Assembly (NCBI GenBank): GCA_040220235.1
Contig: JAVJTO010000111.1
Origin: Coleofasciculus sp. B1-GNL1-01
GTDB lineage: Bacteria; Cyanobacteriota; Cyanobacteriia; Cyanobacteriales; Coleofasciculaceae
Reading direction: 5' to 3' (one strand)
DNA: 16,514 nt
This document shows positions 8,155 to 16,144 of the stretch, one piece after another. Below the pieces are notes generated by a model that had not been told where the DNA came from, searched no databases, and saw only the letters and a list, made by a program, of their open reading frames with translations. The position numbers and the translations under genes are program-made. Numbering within the stretch: position 1 is the stretch's first letter; every line of letters begins with the position of its first letter.

Positions 8155-8769
8155 ATGACTTCTCAACACGTTCACAAAAACTCTTCTGGGAAACGGTTAA
8201 ATTTACCCGAACCCGACGCAGACAACATCACGGTGTTGACGCGCAACCTGCCCAACAAGCCAATTCTACCGTGGAATCGTTATGATTCTCCTTGGCGTGA
8301 TCCTCAGGTAGAACAGCTAGATGAATCGGGGGTATTAGATACCGATGAGGTAGCAGATACTGATGAGATAGACGGTTCTGAACAGGTTATGGCTGACACT
8401 CCAGAGGAATTGGAGGATGACATTGAGGATGACATTGAGGATGAGGCAGATGAGACAGAATTGGTAGAGGTGGTTACTGAGTGCGTCGAAACATCGGTAA
8501 CTAATGAATGTGATCAAGAATCCGATGAAACAGAAGCGTTAGAAACCTTAGAACAGGTAGAATCCGCCGAGATAGAATCTGAAGCACCCGACATTAACGT
8601 AGAAGACGAATATGATGAAGTAGAAAACGTAGATGAGGAAGACCCTTTAGTCGCCCACCTGTCAGAGAAATTAGGAATTGGCGATCGCGAAGAAGACGAT
8701 GAGGAGGATGACGAAGAATTCGCTGAAGACGAAGAAGACGAAGACCACGAACTCAAGCAACTGGGTTAG
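8155..8769 (+). CDS. Highly acidic (Asp/Glu-rich) hypothetical protein with short N-terminal motif
   Basis: 204-aa ORF in operon position; N-terminal LPEPD...PNKPILPWNRYDSPW followed by D/E-rich low-complexity tail. Confidence 0.8.
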   Translation: MTSQHVHKNSSGKRLNLPEPDADNITVLTRNLPNKPILPWNRYDSPWRDPQVEQLDESGVLDTDEVADTDEIDGSEQVMADTPEELEDDIEDDIEDEADETELVEVVTECVETSVTNECDQESDETEALETLEQVESAEIESEAPDINVEDEYDEVENVDEEDPLVAHLSEKLGIGDREEDDEEDDEEFAEDEEDEDHELKQLG

Positions 8770-8816
8770 CCTTCTAGCCAACAACTTGAGACTCTATATC
8801 CTAATTCAATGAATCA

Positions 8817-9233
8817 ATGACCCATTATCAACAGAAATTTACAATTAAGACAACCGCAAAATCCTTTACCCGCATCACCTCAAACATCAAAGACATCGTT
8901 GAGGAGTCAGGAATTGACACCGGACTGTGTACCGTATTTTTGCGCCACACGTCAGCCAGTCTGGTGATTCAAGAAAATGCTGACCCCGATGTCCTGACGG
9001 ATTTATCAAATTTCTTTGCCAAATTAGTGCCAGAAGATGACAGCTACATCCACGATACCGAAGGACCCGATGATATGCCCGCCCATATCCGGACGGCTTT
9101 AACTAAAACCTCAGAACAGATCCCCATTGGCAATGGCAGATTGATGTTAGGAACCTGGCAAGGAATTTATATTTGGGAACATCGCCAGCAGAGACACAAT
9201 CGGGAAGTAGTGGTTCACATTTCCGGAGATTGA
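8817..9233 (+). CDS. yjbQ: YjbQ/UPF0047 family protein (secondary thiamine-phosphate synthase)
   Basis: HTSASLVIQENADPDV, HDTEGPDDMPAHIR, LGTWQGIYIWEHR signature motifs. Confidence 0.95.
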   Translation: MTHYQQKFTIKTTAKSFTRITSNIKDIVEESGIDTGLCTVFLRHTSASLVIQENADPDVLTDLSNFFAKLVPEDDSYIHDTEGPDDMPAHIRTALTKTSEQIPIGNGRLMLGTWQGIYIWEHRQQRHNREVVVHISGD

Positions 9234-9245
9234 TTGGGGAATGGT

Positions 9246-9294
9246 TAAGTAGGTGGGGATTGTCCTTTGTCATTGGTCATTTGTCATTTGTAAG
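9246..9294. repeat. Single MITE end (TAAGTAGGTGGGG) followed by a TTGTCAT-type STRR
   Basis: taagtaggtggggat, then tgtcctt tgtcatt ggtcatt tgtcatt; no partner TIR found. Confidence 0.6.
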
Positions 9295-9351
9295 AGTTTG
9301 AGGGTTAAAGTGAGTTGGAAGATGGATCAACAGAAACGGTAATCAAGCCTG

Positions 9352-11524
9352 ATGAGTTGGGAACAGGTAAAACGGGCAACGGTTGCGATCGCGTCGGTTG
9401 AGGATGGTAGTATCCGAGGGACGGGGTTTTTTGTCTCGTCTCACGGGTATTTGCTCACTTGCGCCCATGTCGTGGAAGCGGCTGGTGGTTGGGAAAAGAT
9501 ACGAGTGCAGGGAAAATCGGCATCCTTGGTCTATCTGGGGAATAGTCAGCAGGATGATTTTGCCGTCTTACAGATAGCTGGGTATCAGGGGAAAGGTGTT
9601 CCGTTGTCTTTCTCCGTCACACCCATGCACCGCTTCTTAAGTATCGGCTATGGGCGTCCAGATTTTCCAGAAGGCGCGTCCATTGATGGGGCGATTACCG
9701 ATATCAATCCCCAAGCCAATTTTAGTAATTTACCCATGCTGCGGCTGCGGGTAATGGCAGATGCTCAACGGGTGCAGGGAGGCTATAGTGGTTCCCCTGT
9801 CTTTGATGCGGAAACTCAGGCGGTGATTGGCTTAATTGCGGCGTTTGACCATAGCCAAGGGGCGCTAGCATTGCCATTAACCACCATCAGTAAAAAATGG
9901 TCAACCCTTCAAGACTTCTTAACCCCAACATCTCCTCATCCTATCGCCTCCCCTTCACCTCAAACTGCCAAAATCTTTATCAGTTACCGCAGCCGTGATC
10001 CCGATGTCAGTTTGGCACAGCAATTCTATGAAGCCTTGAAAGCGGCTGGACATCAACCGTTTATGGCGGGAGCGAGTATTCGCTTAGGGGAAAATTGGGC
10101 GGAACGGATTGATCAGGAATTAGAACACTGTGATTATTTCCTCCTCTTATTATCCTCACAATCAGCAACCAGTGAAATGGTCACAGAGGAGGTGCGACGG
10201 GCGAGGGAATTGCGGGATAGACGGGAGGAAAAGAAACCCATAATTCTGCCAATTCGGGTCAACTTTCCCATGGATTCCCCGTTAAATTATGACCTGCGCG
10301 GGTATTTACAGCGGATTCAGCAACGGGAATGGCATTCTCCTGACGATACGCCAGTGATTGTGCAGGAACTATTGGCGCTGATATCCCAGGAAGATGGCGG
10401 AGAACCTTGGCTGACTCCCCTGGCGGAGACTCCAGAACCTGCTGCACCTGCAATCGCCAGTCCCGATTCTCCCCCGTTACCTGTAGCGGAACCGGAATTA
10501 CAACGGGAACCGGGAGGGGCGGTTTCACTCAAATCTGGGTTATATGTAGAGCGTTTGCCGATAGAAACTGATTGTTATCAAGAAATTTTACAACCCGGTA
10601 GCTTGATTCGGATTAAAGCGCCTCGACAGATGGGAGAAAACCTCGTTAATGGCGCGAATTCTGCATCATGCTAAAGAACAAGGGTATCATGCCATTCCCT
10701 TAAGTTTACAACGGGCAGATAGTCAGCTTTTAGGCAATCTAGATCACTTTTTACGCTGGTTTTGTGAACAGGTGGGGCGGCGACTCAAGCGGTTAAATCA
10801 GTTGGATGACTATTGGATTGGGTATGGGAGCAAGGATAAATGTACAGCCTATTTTGAGGAATGTTTATTAGAAGAAATTGACCAGCCATTAGTTTTGGGG
10901 TTGGATGAAGTGGATCGGGTATTTCCCCATCGAGCTATTGCGGATGACTTTTTTGCCTTATTGCGCTCTTGGTATGAGGGGGCGAGGTATGGGGATTTTA
11001 GTAGTGAATTGTGGGAAAAGTTGCGGTTAGTGGTAGTCCATTCAACGGAGGTGTATGTGCCGTTGGATATTAATCAATCACCGTTTAATGTGGGCAAAAA
11101 TGTGGAGTTACCGGAATTCAATCCGGAGCAAATGTTAGATTTAGCGGGGCGGTATGGACTGAATTGGACAACAACTCAGGTCGAGGAATTAACGCAGTTA
11201 ATCGGGGGACATCCCTATTTAGTACAAAAAGCATTATATCATTTACGGCGTCAGGATGTGACGTTAGAAGAGTTAGCAGAAACAGCGGCGACAGAAGCGG
11301 GGATTTATAGTGACCATTTGCGGCGACATTGGTGGAATTTGAAGGAATATCCCAAATTAAAGGAAGCGTTTCGTCAGGTAGTGGTTAAAAATAAGTCAGT
11401 GGAATTAGATGCAGAGTTAGCGTTTAAATTAGACAGTATGGGGTTAGTGCAGTTGGAGGGGAATGAAGCAATTCCGCGCTGTGATTTGTATCGGAATTAT
11501 TTCCGCGATAATTTGGGGGATTAA
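9352..11524 (+). pseudogene. Trypsin-like serine protease + TIR + AAA_35 (STAND-like ATPase) protein, split by a +1 frameshift at ~10636 (723 aa if restored)
   Basis: Protease triad LTCAHVV / DDFAVL / GYSGSPV; TIR KIFISYRS...SEMVTEEV; AAA_35 PGGAV..SGLYVER, IKAPRQMG|KTSLM across the frameshift, Walker B LVLGLDEVD, QSPFNVG, GGHPYL. May be intact if the extra base is a sequencing error. Confidence 0.85.
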
Positions 11525-11527
11525 ATC

Positions 11528-11589
11528 CTTCGTACTTCACCCTCATCCCCTAACCCCAACTCCGGCCCCCCTCGTTCCCCCCTACGAAG
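11528..11589. repeat. C-rich intergenic repeat remnant with short inverted ends
   Basis: cttcgta ... ccctcatcccctaacccc ... tacgaag; resembles common cyanobacterial dispersed repeats. Confidence 0.4.
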
Positions 11590-11657
11590 AAACGATAAAA
11601 CTATGTAAGTTTTTAGGTAAAATATTAAAAGCACTTTTGACTTAGTTACTGCCACCT

Positions 11658-11870
11658 ATGCAAGTCACTCTTAACCTTGATGAAGCTCTGCTCAACGAAG
11701 CCTTGAAATTAACAAAACTCACTACCCAAGAAGAGTTACTGAACCTTGCTTTGCAAGAGCTAATACGATCTCGCCGCAAGAAAAATTTGCTTGATCTGGC
11801 AGGGCAAATTCAGTTCGTTCCTGATTTTGATTACAAGGCTCTGCGCGAAACTCGCTATGCTGCTGATTGA
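11658..11870 (+). CDS. vapB: Type II toxin-antitoxin antitoxin, VapB family (DUF2191-like)
   Basis: 70 aa, MQVTLNLDEALLNEA...LALQELIR...LLDLAGQI...FDYKALR; 3' end overlaps a PIN-type start. Confidence 0.85.
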   Translation: MQVTLNLDEALLNEALKLTKLTTQEELLNLALQELIRSRRKKNLLDLAGQIQFVPDFDYKALRETRYAAD

Positions 11871-11913
11871 TACATCTGTAAATCTATATGAATATAAATG
11901 TAGGGTGCGTTAG
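11857..11913 (+). pseudogene. vapC: VapC/PIN toxin stub (MLLIDTSV, then unrelated sequence and a stop inside the REP)
   Basis: ATG 11857 overlaps the vapB end; MLLIDTSVNLYEYKCRVR*; IDTSV is the canonical PIN first-Asp motif. Confidence 0.75.
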
Positions 11914-12082
11914 GCGCTTATTGAGTGAAAATTGTGAGAATTAAATCATTCAGCGCCGTAACGCACCAATTCTGGGAAAGCATCAAGGGAAATTGTTAGG
12001 ATAAAATAATTTAACGCCAGAATGCACCAATTCTGGGAGATAATAAAGGGCGGTGCGTTACGCTACGCTAACGCACCCTACA
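11897..12082. repeat. ~185-bp GTAG-type REP/REPIN-like element, copy 1
   Basis: Ends gtagggtgcgttag ... ctaacgcaccctac; internal palindrome ggtgcgttacgctacgctaacgcacc; gcaccaattctggga twice; highly similar to 12947-13132. Confidence 0.9.
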
Positions 12083-12103
12083 AACCAAAAAGACTTGGAA
12101 TGA

Positions 12104-12748
12104 ATGATGAATCCATCAGTGCAAACAATTGCGGCTCAAGACATCACCTTACATCAACTGAGTGAAACCTTTGGGTTAGTACGAACTGACGAAGCCCAGT
12201 TTTTTCCAGAATGGCAGGACAATTTACCCGAACTGAGTCCAGTAGAACAGCAATGGCTGGATCAGGTTAAGGATGATTATCTCCATTTGTCTCAGTATCC
12301 CATGTTAGAACCCATTGTTAAAATGGTGGTGCTATCCCCCTTATTGAGTGTGGCTGGGTTTTATCGTTCACCATTTTATTTAGCGGCTGAACATGAGGTG
12401 AGAATTACCTCCCAGGATAACGGGACAATTGTACACGGAAAAATTGATATTTTAATTTGTCAACCCCAGTTTTGGATTACGGTAATTGAGGCAAAACGAG
12501 CAGAATATTCCTTAAAGGTGGGTATTCCTCAAGCCTTGGCTTATATGATGGCACATCCTCAACCGGAAAAGCCAGCCTTTGGATTAGTCACGAATGGGAC
12601 AGAGTTTATCTTTATTAAATTGAGTCAACAACCGACATCGCGATATAGTTTTTCTAATGAGTTTTCGGTATTGAATCAGGGAAATGATTTATACAGAGTA
12701 GCTGGCATTTTGAAACAATTAGGTCGAATAGCACAGTCCTTAAGTTAG
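12104..12748 (+). CDS. HsdR N-terminal-like PD-(D/E)XK restriction-endonuclease-fold protein (stand-alone)
   Basis: GKIDIL...VIEAKR...GIPQALAYM...FGLVTNGTEF motifs; no helicase, HsdM or HsdS in the window. Confidence 0.85.
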   Translation: MMNPSVQTIAAQDITLHQLSETFGLVRTDEAQFFPEWQDNLPELSPVEQQWLDQVKDDYLHLSQYPMLEPIVKMVVLSPLLSVAGFYRSPFYLAAEHEVRITSQDNGTIVHGKIDILICQPQFWITVIEAKRAEYSLKVGIPQALAYMMAHPQPEKPAFGLVTNGTEFIFIKLSQQPTSRYSFSNEFSVLNQGNDLYRVAGILKQLGRIAQSLS

Positions 12749-12946
12749 TTTGTAGTTGCGCTTTAGCGCCCTAATCTGGCATCATTGACTACAAACATTA
12801 AATCAGAAATATAATAAACGCGATCGCCTTCATTTTACGAAACCATAAACATGGGGTAGCGGGCGTAGTAAAAGGGCGCACGTCAGAAGGGCGCACGTCG
12901 GTGCGCCCCTACAGAAATGGAATGTAGGAATGTAGGGTGCGTTAGG
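12748..12946. repeat. Cluster of small REP-like palindromes and partial duplications
   Basis: gtttgtagt...actacaaac (12748-12796); HIP1 at 12820; aagggcgcacgtc twice plus gtgcgcccctac (12872-12912); stuttered ggaatgta / ggaatgtagggtgcgtta. Confidence 0.7.
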
Positions 12947-13132
12947 AATGTAGGGTGCGTTGGGCGCTGATTTAGTATCAATCGTGAGGATTAAATGAGT
13001 TAGCGCCGTAACGCACCAATTCTGGGAAAGCATCAAGGTAAATTGTTAGGATAAAATAATTTAACGCCAGAATGCACCAATTCTGGGAGACAATAAAGGT
13101 GGTGCGTTACGCTACGCTAACGACACCCTACA
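12947..13132. repeat. ~185-bp GTAG-type REP/REPIN-like element, copy 2 (direct repeat of 11897-12082)
   Basis: Shares agcgccgtaacgcaccaattctgggaaagcatcaagg.aaattgttaggataaaataatttaacgccagaatgcaccaattctgggaga with copy 1. Confidence 0.9.
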
Positions 13133-13167
13133 GGTACAAGATACACACCGTTTCGGGGGATTTGAGG

Positions 13168-15003
13168 ATGAGTACCGCATCCCATCCAGACTACAGCTAT
13201 CAAGTCGGCGGGAGTCTTAAACAGGATGATCCCACCTATGTGGTGCGCCAAGCGGATCAGGATTTCTATGAAGCCTTAAAAGCAGGCGAATTCTGCTATG
13301 TTCTCAATTCCCGCCAAATGGGTAAATCTAGCTTGCGGGTGCAAACCATGCGGCGATTGCAAAACGAGGGAGTTGCTTGTGGTGTGATTGATATTACCGC
13401 CATTGGAAGTCACAATATTGCCCCATCTGAATGGTATCTGGGTTTAATTCGCCGACTGGCGCGGAGTTTGGGAATTAAAGTTAAGGTGATCAAATGGTGG
13501 AATGAACGGGAGGGATTGTCCCCGACACAGCGTTTGGGTGAGTTTATCGAGACGGTATTACTAGCCGAGATTTCCCAACCAATTGTTATTTTTATTGATG
13601 AAATCGATAGTATTCTCAAGTTAGACCTAAAAGACGATTTTTTTGCCCTGATTCGCGCTTGTTATAACGAACGGGCAGACAATTCAGACTATCAACGTCT
13701 GACATTTGCCTTGTTGGGAGTGGCGACACCTTCAGATTTAATTCAGGATAAAACTCGCACGCCGTTTAATATTGGTAGGGCGATTGAATTGCGGGGGTTT
13801 GGTTTATCGGAAGTATCGCCCTTAGCGCCGGGATTGGCGGGTAAGGCGGAGAATCCGCAAACGGTTCTCAGGGAGATCATAAACTGGACAGGGGGACAAC
13901 CCTTTCTGACGCAAAAGTTATGTCAGTTGGTGCTGACTTCTCCCTTTGCCATTGCGTCTGGTCGTGAGGCAGAATTATTAATCGAAAAGTTAGTGCGATC
14001 GCGTATACTGGAAAACTGGGAAGCCCAGGATGAGCCAGAACATCTCCGGACTATCCGCGATCGCGTTTTAAGCAATGAGCAACGGGCAGGGTATTTACTG
14101 GAACTCTATCGGCAGATTTGGCAGGATAGGGAAGTCGCCGCCACAAATAGTGATGATGAAGCCCGATTAAAGCTGGCGGGGTTGGTGGTGAAGCAGAGAG
14201 GAAGTTTAAGGGCTTACAATCCTATTTATCGCGAAGTCTTTAACCAAAATTGGATTGACCAAGAATTAAAGAATCTACGCCCCTACTCTGAGACATTTAG
14301 AAGGTGGGTAGCCTCTGGGTATCAGGATGATTTTCTGTTGCAGGGTAAGGCGTTGCACGAGGCGCAAGCTTGGGCAAAGGGGAAAAATTTAAGTTATTTG
14401 GATCAGCAGTTTCTTGCTGCTGGTGAAAAGAAGGCAATTGAACAGCAAATTGCGGTAGCGGAAAAGGAAGCGGAATTAGAACGGGAACGGAAAGATAGAG
14501 AAGCCGCAGAACAAAGAAACCTGGCTCTAGCTGAGGCGAATCGCAAAGCCAAAAGACGGATTAGTATTGGTGGAGTAGTGCTAATCGTTGCCGTGTTTGG
14601 GGCGGTAATTTCCGGGGTACTTGCCGGAAATAAAGTTATTGAAGCCAATTCCAAAGTTGATAAGGCAAACTCTCAGGTAGCCGAAGCCAACACCAAGGTT
14701 GAGCAGGCAAACTCTCAGGTAGCCGAAGCGAACCAAAGAGCGACAGCAGCCGAGAAACGAGAAGAACAAGCGATAGAAAATGAGAAACTCATGCAGACAA
14801 GTGCTGAAGAGGCAGCCCAGAAAGTCAAAGCTTCACAGAAAGCTTTAGCGGTAGCGAACGATAAACTGGAAAATTCCCGTCAACAGTCCCAACAATTAGC
14901 GCGACAAGCGCAACAAGCCGCTCAAGAAACTCGACAGGCTCAAGCCAAGCTGGGGGAAGCTCAGGAAAGAGTGAAAAAAGCCGAACAAAATGTTCAACAG
15001 TAG
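13168..15003 (+). CDS. AAA_35 STAND-like ATPase with TM helix and coiled-coil stalk (N-terminal part of a probable 887-codon gene interrupted by TAG)
   Basis: Start [17 protein letters not shown] at 13168 (upstream ORF extension lies in the REP); Walker [11 protein letters not shown], Walker [28 protein letters not shown] 14560-14628; Q/A/E/K coiled coil. Confidence 0.9.
   Translation: MSTASHPDYSYQVGGSLKQDDPTYVVRQADQDFYEALKAGEFCYVLNSRQMGKSSLRVQTMRRLQNEGVACGVIDITAIGSHNIAPSEWYLGLIRRLARSLGIKVKVIKWWNEREGLSPTQRLGEFIETVLLAEISQPIVIFIDEIDSILKLDLKDDFFALIRACYNERADNSDYQRLTFALLGVATPSDLIQDKTRTPFNIGRAIELRGFGLSEVSPLAPGLAGKAENPQTVLREIINWTGGQPFLTQKLCQLVLTSPFAIASGREAELLIEKLVRSRILENWEAQDEPEHLRTIRDRVLSNEQRAGYLLELYRQIWQDREVAATNSDDEARLKLAGLVVKQRGSLRAYNPIYREVFNQNWIDQELKNLRPYSETFRRWVASGYQDDFLLQGKALHEAQAWAKGKNLSYLDQQFLAAGEKKAIEQQIAVAEKEAELERERKDREAAEQRNLALAEANRKAKRRISIGGVVLIVAVFGAVISGVLAGNKVIEANSKVDKANSQVAEANTKVEQANSQVAEANQRATAAEKREEQAIENEKLMQTSAEEAAQKVKASQKALAVANDKLENSRQQSQQLARQAQQAAQETRQAQAKLGEAQERVKKAEQNVQQ
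14641..14733 (+). repeat. 42-bp (two-heptad) in-frame tandem repeat encoding the coiled coil
   Basis: [14 protein letters not shown] / [14 protein letters not shown] / EAN; aggcaaactctcaggtagccgaagc is identical in both units. Confidence 0.85.
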
Positions 15004-15831
15004 TATCAGGAATTGGATCAGCAAGAAAAAGCGCAAGACTATTGGAGTAAAGCTGAACAAGCAATTAAAGAAAGTCAGGAGTTATTACCGTCAAAGATTA
15101 CTGGAGAGACGCCTGAACAATGGTCAATTCGTGTCCATGTCCAGCGAGTGCGGGGCAGTTGGTATCGGGAAAAGGGAGAAACGCCAAAGGCAATAGAGGC
15201 GTATCGGCAAGCCTTTACTCGGCTGGAGGCGGCTTGGAAAAAACTGCCAAATATTGATATAGACACGGAGATTCCTATTCCGCAGTATCTGCCTCAAAAA
15301 CAACCGATTCTCTCGGCAAATGCCATTGAGAACTTACATCGTGAGTTTATGGCATTGCTGGCAGAAACAGGTGAAGATGATTCCCGGATCAAAGAATCGC
15401 TCAAACGTCACCTACTAGCAGAACTAAACTTTTTGATGGAATCAGGCAACTGGAAAGATGCTGATAGAAAAACTTATGATTTAATTGCTTTTGCTGGTAG
15501 TACCGAAACAGGTTTTGAGATAGAGAATATTTCCTGTCGAGACTTGAGTAGTATCGATAGGCTTTGGGTAGAACGCTCAGATGGGACGTTTGGTTTCAGT
15601 GTGCAAAAGATTATTTTGGATGAATTGGCCTCCCAGCGCGGTCATTATGATAATGATGTAATCTTGTGGGAAGGATTTTATGAGAAGATAGGATGGAAAG
15701 AAGGAGAGAAGTGGCTGGATGGGAAAGGTATTTTTAATCCGGCAGCAGCAAAAAGAGGACACCTCCCATATTTGGGTTATTCATGGTTGCAAAAACAACT
15801 CCTCTCTCTCACTGCGACTTGTAGACTTTAA
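15004..15831 (+). CDS. TPR-like + GUN4-domain region, in frame with the upstream AAA_35 gene (continuation past TAG, or TTG restart at 15013)
   Basis: GUN4 motifs NWKDADRKT, ISCRDLSSIDRLWVERSDGTFGFSVQK, IGWK, GHLP; TPR-like RGSWYREKGETPKAIEAYRQA. Confidence 0.8.
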   Translation, partial: YQELDQQEKAQDYWSKAEQAIKESQELLPSKITGETPEQWSIRVHVQRVRGSWYREKGETPKAIEAYRQAFTRLEAAWKKLPNIDIDTEIPIPQYLPQKQPILSANAIENLHREFMALLAETGEDDSRIKESLKRHLLAELNFLMESGNWKDADRKTYDLIAFAGSTETGFEIENISCRDLSSIDRLWVERSDGTFGFSVQKIILDELASQRGHYDNDVILWEGFYEKIGWKEGEKWLDGKGIFNPAAAKRGHLPYLGYSWLQKQLLSLTATCRL

Positions 15832-15898
15832 CATACAAGCGCTCCAGCCTTCTGTAAAAATTCCTTAACAAACTACATTTCTACGAATTCATAGTTAG

Positions 15899-15965
15899 GT
15901 AGGGTGGGCAAAATTTATAAACCTCAAATGCTTAGGCTATTGTTCGCTACTTTTGCCCACCCTAC
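15899..15965. repeat. GTAG-type REP element: 15-bp perfect inverted repeat with 37-bp spacer
   Basis: gtagggtgggcaaaa (15899-15913) and ttttgcccaccctac (15951-15965). Confidence 0.9.
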
Positions 15966-16025
15966 GGTATTTGGTGTGATGTGGTAACAGTATCCAGGTT
16001 GAATGGTTCGAGGTTGGCGGCACAT
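15924..16025 (-). pseudogene. N-terminal stub of an IS200-like/RAYT (Y1 HUH) transposase
   Basis: Minus strand ATG 16025 reads MCRQPRTIQPGYCYHIT, then runs into the REP and stops at 15924; matches the MxRxxR...PG..YH(I/V)T start of RAYT-type TnpA; GGAG upstream. Confidence 0.65.
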
Positions 16026-16144
16026 CAATATTCAATACTCCAAACGGATCATCCAAACAATCGCAAGCATTAGATTTCCCAGGTAACGTAATGAGCGATC
16101 GTATCAGAGTAAAATTATATGTAAACTCACGCTAAAAACGTCCG

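Noticed and set aside
7402..8756. Minus-strand Val-rich and Ser-rich ORFs
   Set aside because: Reverse complements of the K/T-rich and D/E-rich low-complexity genes
12104..12748. Complete type I restriction-modification system
   Set aside because: Only the nuclease-fold domain is present; no helicase, methyltransferase or specificity subunit in the window
12830..13036. 68-aa minus-strand ORF with PNAPYI and TCALL repeats
   Set aside because: Translation of stuttered REP sequence
11897..13132. Possible CRISPR repeats or prophage att sites
   Set aside because: Repeats are ~185 bp, internally palindromic, only two copies; no integrase or phage genes
13072..13167. N-terminal 32 aa of the 643-aa ORF
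   Set aside because: Encoded largely by REP copy 2 (the same ATG exists in copy 1); AAA_35 similarity starts after ATG 13168
15001..15003. Pyrrolysine recoding of the TAG
   Set aside because: No pyl genes in view and not known in cyanobacteria; the Gln-rich context favours CAG>TAG
15013..15831. Calling this the chlorophyll-biosynthesis gene gun4
   Set aside because: GUN4 domain here is the in-frame tail of a STAND-TM fusion, a paralogous use; no gene symbol assigned
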